From Candidatus Woesearchaeota archaeon (lineage in GTDB: Archaea; Nanobdellota; Nanobdellia; Woesearchaeales; ARS49): 64,000 nucleotides of DNA. Below the pieces are notes generated by a model. The model ran no database searches and was not told the DNA's origin. It saw only the letters and a program-made list of their open reading frames with translations. This document shows, one piece after another, positions 9,254 to 18,055 of this stretch (its first letter is position 1; the number at the start of each line of letters is the position of its first letter). The position numbers and the translations under genes were made by a program. The stretch spans positions 148,846-212,845 of the forward strand of contig JAFCDQ010000003.1 of assembly GCA_017609645.1 (NCBI GenBank). Direction: 5' to 3'.

Positions 9254-11241
9254 TTTATTATTGGCAGCAGTGCTGTTTGGTATTTTGTTGTAGCGTCATA
9301 ATATCCTTTATCTAAAAATGCGAGCAGGTTCTGCAGGTCTTGTTCTCTTGAAGGGTTTGGTCTGTATTCAACCAAATTTAATTGTATTTTATCTTTGCCT
9401 AATAAATCATGATAACTTACTCCATAATTTTCTTTTTGGTATCCTCCTATTATCATGTCTCCTGCTACTAGATACATTTCTAGTTCATATCGCGCATCAT
9501 CTAGTACAAAGTCCAGAGTTTCATCTTCTGGGAAGATTTTATATTGTTCATAATCTGTTCCTTTTAGTTTTAATGACAGCATAATTCTTTCTTTGTCTTT
9601 TAGTTTGAATCGGTTTTGGTCTGTCTGCCATTGTCTCATGTTTGATTGATATGGATGTATCACAAATTCTGGTTTTAATGCCTGTAGTTTTTTCAGGTAT
9701 ATATCCAGTGTGTCTTGTGTAAGCCATTGTGCTGAGTCAAGATATCCTTTTTTTGTTGCAAGTACTCTTGGATTGCCGCAGCCTTGAGGAACATTTGTTC
9801 TTAATTCAATATCCCCGTTGCTTTGTACTTGTGTCTCACCCATTTCGCAGTCTATGCTCATACATTCTAATGTTATGTTTACTTCTTCAAGAGGTATGCC
9901 AACTGGGCTGTATGGTTCAAAGCCTAGTACTTTGATTTTTATTTCTCTTTCCCCTTGTTCTTCACAAAATCCTGAGCCAATATACATTGGTTCAAATTGT
10001 CTCATGCCAAAGTTAACTCTTTCAGGCGCATTGTCACTTATTATTACTGGCGTTCCAAATTGAAATACAAATCCTTGATTGTCAAATGCTTTGTCGTCTT
10101 TTACTATGACTTTTAGAGGATATATTATATCATATGTGAAGTGCCATTGGTTCATGCAGAAAAATGGTATTAAGTTTTTTGATCCTTTTGCCACCTCACT
10201 TTTTAGCCATTTGCCGTCGTGAGGAAGAGCGCTCATTAATAATTGTGAAGGGTCATAAACAAATTTGACTTTCAAGTCTGTGCTTGAAAGTTTTGGATCA
10301 AATGTCATCTTGTTTATTTCATACACATCTGCAGGAATATCTCCTTCAATTTCTACTGAACTTATTTTTCCTTTGATCAAGTCTTCTGTGATGTCTTCTC
10401 CTTTACTTTTTAATTCGTCATATACTCTTTGCGCTGCTAGCGGCGCTGGTTGAGGAGTATTTTTGATTCTTATCATAGGTATTGTGTAGAATAATATTTT
10501 TTTCATTCTTTCTTGCACTGTTTCTAGGTTCCATTTCTTTTGTGTGCATCCTGCTTCCATTCCTCCTAATGGTATTTTGTCGTCTCCACTCATCATGTCT
10601 ATTGTAAGTTTTTCCAGCCATTTTTGTTTGTTTTCTTCTGCCAGGATTTGTACTGCTGTATCATACATTTCTCTGTATCTTGATTCTTGCAATGCAAAGT
10701 ATTCAGAATGCATGACTGTTCTTTGTTGTGTGTTTATGTTTAGCGGCCATTTTATTTCTGCCACTACTTCTTCTTCTGCATATGTCACTAAAACATCTGG
10801 TTCTTCTAATATTTGCACCATTTGGGATGGCGCTAATGCTTGAAAGTTAACACAGGTTTGTATTTCTTGTTTTATGTATCTAGCTAGTTGTGTTTGCATT
10901 AGTCCATAACTAGGTATTCTGTTTTCTGTTTCATAATACCAGAATGGAACTTTCACAACTCCTAATGAATCTGCATTGATGTAAGAATCTGGATTGCTTA
11001 ACACAAATGCAGGGATTTCTATGTATCCTCCTTGCAGTCCTTGTATTATTAGTCCTTGTTTTAGTGCATTTTTTGCACAGTCATTTACCATGTCAAATAC
11101 TGGTCTTACGTCACTGGGAACACTTGGTGCAGTTCTCCAGGGCTTAGCAGCTTCTGTCGTTACAAAGTATAGAACCATTCCTATTGTGATTATTAAGATT
11201 AAACCTAAGATTATGAATATTGTTAGTTGTCCTTTTCTCAT
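9250..11241 (-). CDS. Large (663 aa) protein with a class III (type IV prepilin-like) signal peptide; paralog of the 711-aa protein at 18052..20187
   Basis: N-terminus MRKGQ followed by about 22 hydrophobic residues (LTIFIILGLILIITIGMVLYFV). A Shine-Dalgarno-like AGGGGT lies 3 nt before the ATG. Shared motifs with the 711-aa paralog are QGGYI, PFWYY/PYWWY and CVNFQAL/CVNNFAGL. Confidence 0.7.
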   Translation of the reverse strand: MRKGQLTIFIILGLILIITIGMVLYFVTTEAAKPWRTAPSVPSDVRPVFDMVNDCAKNALKQGLIIQGLQGGYIEIPAFVLSNPDSYINADSLGVVKVPFWYYETENRIPSYGLMQTQLARYIKQEIQTCVNFQALAPSQMVQILEEPDVLVTYAEEEVVAEIKWPLNINTQQRTVMHSEYFALQESRYREMYDTAVQILAEENKQKWLEKLTIDMMSGDDKIPLGGMEAGCTQKKWNLETVQERMKKILFYTIPMIRIKNTPQPAPLAAQRVYDELKSKGEDITEDLIKGKISSVEIEGDIPADVYEINKMTFDPKLSSTDLKVKFVYDPSQLLMSALPHDGKWLKSEVAKGSKNLIPFFCMNQWHFTYDIIYPLKVIVKDDKAFDNQGFVFQFGTPVIISDNAPERVNFGMRQFEPMYIGSGFCEEQGEREIKIKVLGFEPYSPVGIPLEEVNITLECMSIDCEMGETQVQSNGDIELRTNVPQGCGNPRVLATKKGYLDSAQWLTQDTLDIYLKKLQALKPEFVIHPYQSNMRQWQTDQNRFKLKDKERIMLSLKLKGTDYEQYKIFPEDETLDFVLDDARYELEMYLVAGDMIIGGYQKENYGVSYHDLLGKDKIQLNLVEYRPNPSREQDLQNLLAFLDKGYYDATTKYQTALLPIIK

Positions 11242-11297
11242 ATTACCCCTTTTTTTACTTTTGCTGCCTTTTTTGAGCTTACTTTTATAGTCTTGCT

Positions 11298-11392
11298 AAC
11301 CGCGACAGGGGGTTGCCCCCTTCGGGGATGTCGCCACTCAAATAAACTTTGCAGTCAAGCGAATTGGCAGCAAAGTCTACCCCCTTGTTCCC
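11298..11392. other. GC-rich structured intergenic element (candidate small RNA, leader or attenuator) between the 297-aa membrane-protein gene and the 663-aa pilin-like gene
   Basis: The only strongly GC-rich island in the window. Outer stem GCGACA (11302-11307) pairs with TGTCGC (11329-11334) and encloses a GGGGG-UUG-CCCCC hairpin (11308-11320). That hairpin competes with a CCC-UUCG-GGG tetraloop hairpin (11318-11327). A second 7-bp stem ACTTTGC/GCAAAGT (11346-11352 / 11370-11376) has a 17-nt loop. I found no tRNA cloverleaf. Confidence 0.35.
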
Positions 11393-12286
11393 CTAAAGTT
11401 TAAATTTTTCAATAAATGTTTTCAAATAATTTCTCAGCCACACTACAAGAAGCGCTAACAATAATGCTTGTATGTAAAATGTTGTTGTTGGCGTTAAAGT
11501 TAATGATAATAATGAAAGTATTACTGCAATTAAAAAATAAATAAAGATAATGTAGCTTATTGGATTGAGGCATTTTGATATTAATGTCAGACTTTGTATT
11601 CCTTTTGCAAAGCTTTGTTTTATTTTGTTTGTTTTCAGCATATTGTAATGCAAAAATGTTGTCATATATATGTAAAATACAAGGAATATTGTAGGAATTA
11701 GTGATACTGCTATTTGTCCAGCGAAAGCATCTTCTTTCGGTGCAAAAATATAATATAATATTCCCCACATCAGCCACCATAATAAGTTTAATGCAAAAAA
11801 CTTAAGCAATTTTTTCTTGTTGAATTTTTGTTTAAGTAGTTTTAGCCAAACAAAATATTTCAATATTGAGTATATTATTAAAAGCAAAAGCAAAAATACT
11901 GCGAATATTAATATGATGTAAACGATTGTTTGCTGTGCTAATGCTAGATTTTGTTGTATTGCTTCAAATGTTTGTTCTGTCAATTGTGTTGAAGCGATTT
12001 TTTCAGCGACTTTAGAAACTAATTTTAGCGCCCCTTGTAATAAAAAGAAGAATATTACCAAATAGGCTATATCTAAAACAAATATTGTGAAGATTGTTTT
12101 GTTGAATTTAAATGATTTCAGGAATGTTTGGAACTTTTTCTTGTCTGTTTTTGTTGGAATAAGCAGGACTAATCCTGCTAGCGCAAGTATGATAAAAAGA
12201 TTTTGTTTAACAAATATTGTCAATCCTATTCCTGCTAAAATACTTATGATCCCTATTACTTTTTGTGTTATGTTTTTTATTTTCAT
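11393..12286 (-). CDS. Polytopic integral membrane protein, hypothetical (about 8 predicted TM segments)
   Basis: 297 aa, almost entirely hydrophobic helices. It lacks prepilin-peptidase and archaeosortase motifs. Its start overlaps the upstream gene's stop by 4 nt. Confidence 0.6.
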   Translation of the reverse strand: MKIKNITQKVIGIISILAGIGLTIFVKQNLFIILALAGLVLLIPTKTDKKKFQTFLKSFKFNKTIFTIFVLDIAYLVIFFFLLQGALKLVSKVAEKIASTQLTEQTFEAIQQNLALAQQTIVYIILIFAVFLLLLLIIYSILKYFVWLKLLKQKFNKKKLLKFFALNLLWWLMWGILYYIFAPKEDAFAGQIAVSLIPTIFLVFYIYMTTFLHYNMLKTNKIKQSFAKGIQSLTLISKCLNPISYIIFIYFLIAVILSLLSLTLTPTTTFYIQALLLALLVVWLRNYLKTFIEKFKL

Positions 12287-14811
12287 ATTAATGTACCATC
12301 TTCTGCATCTTCTGATTGTAAGTTATTTGCTGCCAGATTTCTTGAATCCATTGTGCTTGCCGGTCCTGCTCCTGCAAATGGCACACAATATTCACTTTTT
12401 GCACCTGGGAAATCTGCATCAGTCCATTGCATAGCTGCTGGAAGAAGTCCTCCTGTAATTGAACCAATTCCACCTAATATTGTTCTTGCCCATAAGTCTT
12501 CATAATCTTGAACAAATTCATCTATTTTTTCTTTAAACACTAAACAAATTTGATTATAATCTGTTGTGCTGTATTTGATAAAGTGTCTTGTTGCGCCTTG
12601 TCCTGGTTTGAGATATTTCCAGTCAGAGAACCATCTTGCTCGTCTTTCAGGGCCTCTGAATTCTACATTCACGTGCAAGTCTCTGTCTAATGGATTATTT
12701 ACTCTCATTTGTGCATTGTAAAGCCACATAGTGATTACTTCCATTTTCTTTATGTCGAGTTTTGGATCTGTGAAATCTACTTTTACACCGTCAATAAATG
12801 TCTGTTCTCCAAATAAATCTACTAATTCTTGTCTTGTTAATCCTTTGAATTCTATTGAGTCTGATCTCTCACCCACAAGTAAGGCAGCTCCCATTGGTGC
12901 TGCAGTGTCAGGCCCTTTTGTTAGCATGTAATTGCTTGGGCTTGAACTGATAAATCCTTCACATATATGTGATGTCCAGCATTCTTTTAATCCACCTATC
13001 ACACAGAATTTATCTTGAATCTCCTGCTTTCTCTTTGCAGCTTCTTGTAAATAATCAGAATCAAATATTAATGCGCTTAAGTATGCAAATCCCTTATATT
13101 GATTGAATGAATGTGTTAATACTCCTAGAAATCTCCACGTTCCCATTGCACTTATCTTTTTGCCTACAGAAACTGGCAAAGTTAAGTATATTGTTATCAT
13201 TTTTTGTTTGGCTTTTTCTAGCATTTTTTTCATTGCTGGAGTTAATCCTTTTTTTGCCAATAATGCATCATAAAGTTCATCAAATGTTAATGCTTTTCCT
13301 GTTGTTTTTGCTTTTGCTAATAAAGCATCTAATTCAGTATTCAATTTTTTTATAGACTCTCGTGATAATCCTTGCTCTTTTGCTGCATCTTCTAAGACTT
13401 TTTTCGCTTCCTCAAAAAGAGCAGTTGCAATTGCTAAATCTTCATCTGCTGTTGCTGAATCAAATCTTGCTATGTCTTCATTTTCCTCTGCTATTTCTAA
13501 CTTTACTTTATCTTGATCAAGCAATTTTTTTGCTTCTTCAATTGTATCAAGAGTTCGTTCTGCATCTGCTTTCATAACTTCTAATTTTGCTTTGTATTCA
13601 TTTTCCTTTGCTTGCTCTAGTTTTGTTTCTGCTTCATAAAAAGCTTGTTTTGCTTTTTGATATTCTTCTCCTGGTTTTGCTGTTGTTGTTGCTTCTTGTG
13701 CTTTGTCAAATTCAGTTAATGCCTTGGTATATGCAGTTACTGCAGTTTCATACGCTTTATCTGCTTCTATGCTTGCTAATGTATTTTGGTACAGTATTTG
13801 TGAATTTTGATATTTTGCTTCTGCATCTCTATATTCTTCTAGTACATAGTTATATACCTGCTCTGCTGATTCACTATATCGTTTTGCTTCATTTAGTTCT
13901 AACAGTTTTTTCCCTCTATCCATCTCTGCATTTTCTTTATCTTGTGTCGTTGCGTCTTCTATCACTTCCCATGCCAAAAGATCGTTGCTAACTTTTAGAT
14001 AGTCTTCGCCGATTTGTTCTACGGCTAAATCTATAAAATTTCCATCGTTATCAAGTGTATAAGACTTAAATGTGTCTTTGTCTTGCATTACATTAAAGAT
14101 TGTGTTCCATTTTCCTGCAATAAACACTTCTTCAGTACTTCCAATTTTGTTGCCTTGATAATATTGGTTTTTTATTTTTCTTTTTAATTGCCCTGTTTTT
14201 TTGTCAATTACTAACTCAACTTTTGAAACTTGATATCCTAAGTTTGCTTTTTTGTCTGCTTCTGATAATTCTTTATGCAGTTTACTTGCCTTGTCTAGAA
14301 CATATTCTTCTACTGTTCTTCTTAATTCACCATTAGCACTTAATTTGTTTTCAGTTCTTATTGTTGTTTTGTATTCTTTTAATCCTCTGCTCCATTCTTG
14401 TGTGCTTTTGCCCCAGTAATTTATGCTTCCATCTGCTTCAACTCTAAAAGAATCTGCTTTTTTGATATCTTCATATATATTTGAAGTTAGATATTTGTTT
14501 TGGACATATCCTTCAGCTTGTAAGTCTTTAGCACTTACAACGACATCTTTGATTTTGAGTTCTCCTTTTATTAAAGGAATAATTCTGTTATTCTTTGAAG
14601 AAACATAGTAGTCTGCACTACCTGGAGTTTGTTTCATTTTATCTGTCACTGTTTCTTTTGCAGGTTTAGGCGTGATTCCTATTTTATTATCTTCAATCAA
14701 CTTATTTACAGCTCCTTTTTCTGGAGCTTTAGTATCTGCTGCATAAGCTATAAAGCTACTTAAGAAAATCATGATTATCATTATTCCTATAAATCTTCTA
14801 GAATGGTTCAT
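12283..14811 (-). CDS. Large secreted protein (about 840 aa) with a central coiled-coil region of about 190 aa
   Basis: The track ORF extends to 14895. The in-frame Met at 14811 gives a signal peptide (MNHSRRFIGIMIIMIFLSSFIAYAA) and cuts the overlap with the upstream gene to 14 nt. The central segment is A/E/K-rich and heptad-like. Confidence 0.65.
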   Translation of the reverse strand: MNHSRRFIGIMIIMIFLSSFIAYAADTKAPEKGAVNKLIEDNKIGITPKPAKETVTDKMKQTPGSADYYVSSKNNRIIPLIKGELKIKDVVVSAKDLQAEGYVQNKYLTSNIYEDIKKADSFRVEADGSINYWGKSTQEWSRGLKEYKTTIRTENKLSANGELRRTVEEYVLDKASKLHKELSEADKKANLGYQVSKVELVIDKKTGQLKRKIKNQYYQGNKIGSTEEVFIAGKWNTIFNVMQDKDTFKSYTLDNDGNFIDLAVEQIGEDYLKVSNDLLAWEVIEDATTQDKENAEMDRGKKLLELNEAKRYSESAEQVYNYVLEEYRDAEAKYQNSQILYQNTLASIEADKAYETAVTAYTKALTEFDKAQEATTTAKPGEEYQKAKQAFYEAETKLEQAKENEYKAKLEVMKADAERTLDTIEEAKKLLDQDKVKLEIAEENEDIARFDSATADEDLAIATALFEEAKKVLEDAAKEQGLSRESIKKLNTELDALLAKAKTTGKALTFDELYDALLAKKGLTPAMKKMLEKAKQKMITIYLTLPVSVGKKISAMGTWRFLGVLTHSFNQYKGFAYLSALIFDSDYLQEAAKRKQEIQDKFCVIGGLKECWTSHICEGFISSSPSNYMLTKGPDTAAPMGAALLVGERSDSIEFKGLTRQELVDLFGEQTFIDGVKVDFTDPKLDIKKMEVITMWLYNAQMRVNNPLDRDLHVNVEFRGPERRARWFSDWKYLKPGQGATRHFIKYSTTDYNQICLVFKEKIDEFVQDYEDLWARTILGGIGSITGGLLPAAMQWTDADFPGAKSEYCVPFAGAGPASTMDSRNLAANNLQSEDAEDGTLI

Positions 14812-17800
14812 ATTCTGGTTCTCCTCCGTTTTCTCCAGACGCTGTTGTTTTATCATATTCTTCTGCCCATTCTTCCATTTCACCGCACCATTCATTTGTT
14901 ACCATTCCCATTTCATTTTGTCTGTTTGTCATTGCAGCAATACTTGCCCATGCTTCTCCTACTTCTGCAGCTACCCTATACAATGAGCATGCTGTATGAA
15001 TTTGTGCTGGTTTTGTTTCACAAGTCAAGTCACACCAGGTTCCAAAGAATGTTGTAACTATTGTCCATGGATTTGCTAGCATCTCACCTAGCATTTGACT
15101 GATTCCTTCAAAGAATTGTGAGAATGGTATTATGTCAAATAAGGGTCCGCCCCATACATATGCGCAGTTCATGTAATGATTTGTATCTTTGCAATAACTT
15201 ATTGGAACTCCTGTTTCTTTCCAGTCTTTTTCTAAGCAGGTTGCATATTTGCATTCTATTTGTGCTATTTTATTGATGTTTCTGATAATTCCTGGCAAAC
15301 AAAGACATGCCGTGCTTAAGTAAATATTATCTTTTATATTTGTATACATTCTCATGTTTCTTTCGCCTTCTCCGAGATTTCGCATGTTTCCTTGCATCAT
15401 TGCCCAGCCTGCTGTTAAGCTGCCACCTTGATCCATTATCCAGTCTTCAAATGCAGTGCACCATGGAGCTCCTCCTCCAACTAGATTTTCAATTCCCCAT
15501 TGGTCTTTTCCTCCGCTTGACTGACAATTTACTACAGCGCAGGCTTTGTCTAAGATTGTGTATAATGGAACTCCTAGTAATTTTTCTTCTTCAGGTATTA
15601 CTATTTTTTTGAATGAGGATTGTTTTCCTCCATATGCTCCGTCTATTTTTTCTTCTATTTCACATATTGGAGCTCTTGTGAGATAGATTGATTGGGATAT
15701 TGCAGGTCCAAAGACAGGAATGGCGCTTGTTGAGTCTTCCACGTTTCCTATTACTGCAACTAGTGCTGCTCCTGTTGATATTATGCTTGTTATGATTCCT
15801 TTCCATTCACATACTTCTTCTGCTATGTTAACTATTTCATTCATTGTTTCTAAAAGATCTGATTTAAGCACTCTTGCAGTATCCACAGCTTCTTTGATTG
15901 TTTTTTCTCTTCGTTCATAAATATCTCCAAGAGGCAAATCATAAAATTCTAAAAGAATGTCTACATCTTCTTCTTGAGGTGTTGTGTATATTGTTTGTTC
16001 TCTTTTTGAGTAGATTGTTAATGGACATGATAAGCTTAAATTATCTAGATAATAATCTCTTGCAGGAAGTTGTATCATAAAGTAGGGATTTGTGCTTCCT
16101 GGTGCTGTGTTTATTGTGCTTATATCGTCAATAAAGTTTGTTGTATTTCCAATACAATCATTTATTGATGTAGGTCCGATGATGCTTACTGTTTCTGCGC
16201 TTGAGCTTGTGCTTAAATCAACTTCACATACTACTCTTTGAGGTAGTTGTGATGTTGTTTTTCTGTCTATTGGCTGCGGCCTGCATGTTACATCACTTGT
16301 CCAGTATTTTCTTGCAGTGTCAACATCAAGTTCATATATTGTCATGTTGTATTCTGTTTCTGTTGTGTCATCAAATATGTCTGTGAATATGAAATTTATT
16401 GTTGCTTCTGCTGGTCCGCTTATGTCAACTACACTTTCAAACAAACATTCATCTAATCCTGTTATGCTGCTTAAGCTGCATTCAACAGCGTCTGAATCAC
16501 TTTCACCGCCTATTGCACTAAAGTCAGCAAAAGCATTTTCAAAGTTTTTGCTTTCTACAACAAATTGGACTGTGTCTCCTCTAACTGCTTCTCCTCCTAC
16601 ACCTTCTGGTCCTGGAATTACTATATAGTCTATTACTTTTGGTTTTAATGGTCCTTCGCTTTGATAAAATATTTCAAATTCTTGTCCAGAGTCTATTTTG
16701 TTTCCTAAATCATCTTGCGTGTCTGAGGATAATTCAAAATCATATATTCCTGAATTTGTTGTTAAGAAATTTGGATGTATGTTCCATTTGCAGTCCCATT
16801 TGTCAGCTGCAGTATTCTCGCACAAATCTGCTTGTAATTTTTTATCTGCAGATCTTCCTGTTAGATCATAAATGTTAAGATATGCTTTTCCTAGGTTCAT
16901 TCCTACTCCTGGATCACCGTCAGTATCTTTTTCTGAGAATATAATTGTGAAATAAGAATTATAAGCTGCTATTGGGTTTCCGTCTCCATCTACTGGCCCT
17001 TTTCCAATCTGAACAACAACAGGTGATTTATCATCTGCTTCTATATCAAAATCAAGTGTTCCTTGGCCTTGATTTCCTATGTTGTCTGTTGCTCTTACAA
17101 GTATTGTTCCAGAACTTTCTTCATCAACTTCCAGACCAGTCCAGTAATAAAAATTAGGAATTTGTTTATTTGAATAAGGAACTAATTGCACATTGTCATT
17201 AAATGGAGTTAGTTTTGCTTTTACTGTTGCATCTTCTATTCCGCTTAAATCAGTGATTTCTGCTCTGACACTTACTTGCTCGCTTCTTCCTGGCAGGACA
17301 TGTGTTATTTGTGCTCCTTCTGCATTTGTTAATGCTACTTCTATTGTTGGAGCTCCTTCATCTATGTAAAAATCATCACAAGCAGTATCTTCTCCGTCTA
17401 AGAAATCTCTAACAGTTGCGCATGCTCTTAGTTCATTTTCATCTCCATCATATATATAATCAAATCCTTCTGTTATTTCGCATTCTCCGGCCTCGCCTGT
17501 TATTGTTCCTACTTCTTCCATGTTAACATAGAATATGATTTCTTTTATTCCTGAGCATTCTGCTGATGCAGTTGTTGTGCCGTAATCTTTTGCCGTTACA
17601 GCAAAATTTACAGGGCCTGTTGTCATTTCTGGTTCTACATTAAAGCTTATTATTTCTGGGTCTGTATCATCTATGATTATTGTTTCTTCTAATGTTTCTC
17701 TTAAGATTGTATCTTGGTCATGAAGTGTTACTTTAAAGTCTATTTTTTCTTGTCCAATAAGATCTAATTCATCAGTATACGTGCAGGTGTAATAATCATC

Positions 17801-18055
17801 TGTTCCTTTTTGGCAAGTATCAAATGGCGCAAACACATTGCCTATCCAGAAGTTGACTCTTGATGGAAGTATGTTTTCATTTAACAGCATTGCTTTTGCT
17901 TTTATTGTCAAGGTATCTTTTGATCTTGCAAAGCCGTTTGCTTCATCTTCTCCGCTGTATCTGACCAGCTGCAAGTCAGATGTTTCTGCAATTGATATTG
18001 GAAGCAGAACTATCAGGATGATCATCATTATTGATATTTGTTTTTTTGAGTTCAT
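14798..18055 (-). CDS. Giant secreted protein (1085 aa) with acidic DxDxDG-like calcium-binding-type motifs and a Cys-rich C-terminal domain
   Basis: Signal peptide MNSKKQISIMMIILIVLLPISIAETS. Motifs DTDGDPGVG, PVDGDGNPI and DDTDPE are present. Its start overlaps the stop of the 711-aa pilin-like gene by 4 nt. Confidence 0.75.
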   Translation of the reverse strand: MNSKKQISIMMIILIVLLPISIAETSDLQLVRYSGEDEANGFARSKDTLTIKAKAMLLNENILPSRVNFWIGNVFAPFDTCQKGTDDYYTCTYTDELDLIGQEKIDFKVTLHDQDTILRETLEETIIIDDTDPEIISFNVEPEMTTGPVNFAVTAKDYGTTTASAECSGIKEIIFYVNMEEVGTITGEAGECEITEGFDYIYDGDENELRACATVRDFLDGEDTACDDFYIDEGAPTIEVALTNAEGAQITHVLPGRSEQVSVRAEITDLSGIEDATVKAKLTPFNDNVQLVPYSNKQIPNFYYWTGLEVDEESSGTILVRATDNIGNQGQGTLDFDIEADDKSPVVVQIGKGPVDGDGNPIAAYNSYFTIIFSEKDTDGDPGVGMNLGKAYLNIYDLTGRSADKKLQADLCENTAADKWDCKWNIHPNFLTTNSGIYDFELSSDTQDDLGNKIDSGQEFEIFYQSEGPLKPKVIDYIVIPGPEGVGGEAVRGDTVQFVVESKNFENAFADFSAIGGESDSDAVECSLSSITGLDECLFESVVDISGPAEATINFIFTDIFDDTTETEYNMTIYELDVDTARKYWTSDVTCRPQPIDRKTTSQLPQRVVCEVDLSTSSSAETVSIIGPTSINDCIGNTTNFIDDISTINTAPGSTNPYFMIQLPARDYYLDNLSLSCPLTIYSKREQTIYTTPQEEDVDILLEFYDLPLGDIYERREKTIKEAVDTARVLKSDLLETMNEIVNIAEEVCEWKGIITSIISTGAALVAVIGNVEDSTSAIPVFGPAISQSIYLTRAPICEIEEKIDGAYGGKQSSFKKIVIPEEEKLLGVPLYTILDKACAVVNCQSSGGKDQWGIENLVGGGAPWCTAFEDWIMDQGGSLTAGWAMMQGNMRNLGEGERNMRMYTNIKDNIYLSTACLCLPGIIRNINKIAQIECKYATCLEKDWKETGVPISYCKDTNHYMNCAYVWGGPLFDIIPFSQFFEGISQMLGEMLANPWTIVTTFFGTWCDLTCETKPAQIHTACSLYRVAAEVGEAWASIAAMTNRQNEMGMVTNEWCGEMEEWAEEYDKTTASGENGGEPEYEPF

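Noticed and set aside
11298-11392. GC-rich island as a tRNA gene
   Set aside because: No acceptor/T-arm/D-arm cloverleaf could be drawn on either strand, there is no GTTCRANYC T-loop, and the longest stems (6+5 bp nested, 7 bp with a 17-nt loop) do not fit tRNA geometry. I kept it as an unclassified structured element.
11393-12286. 297-aa polytopic membrane protein as the missing prepilin peptidase (PibD/FlaK) or an archaeosortase
   Set aside because: It has no paired catalytic Asp motifs such as a GGD box, and no Cys/Arg archaeosortase signature. The giant proteins also lack PGF-CTERM-like tails. I left it as hypothetical.
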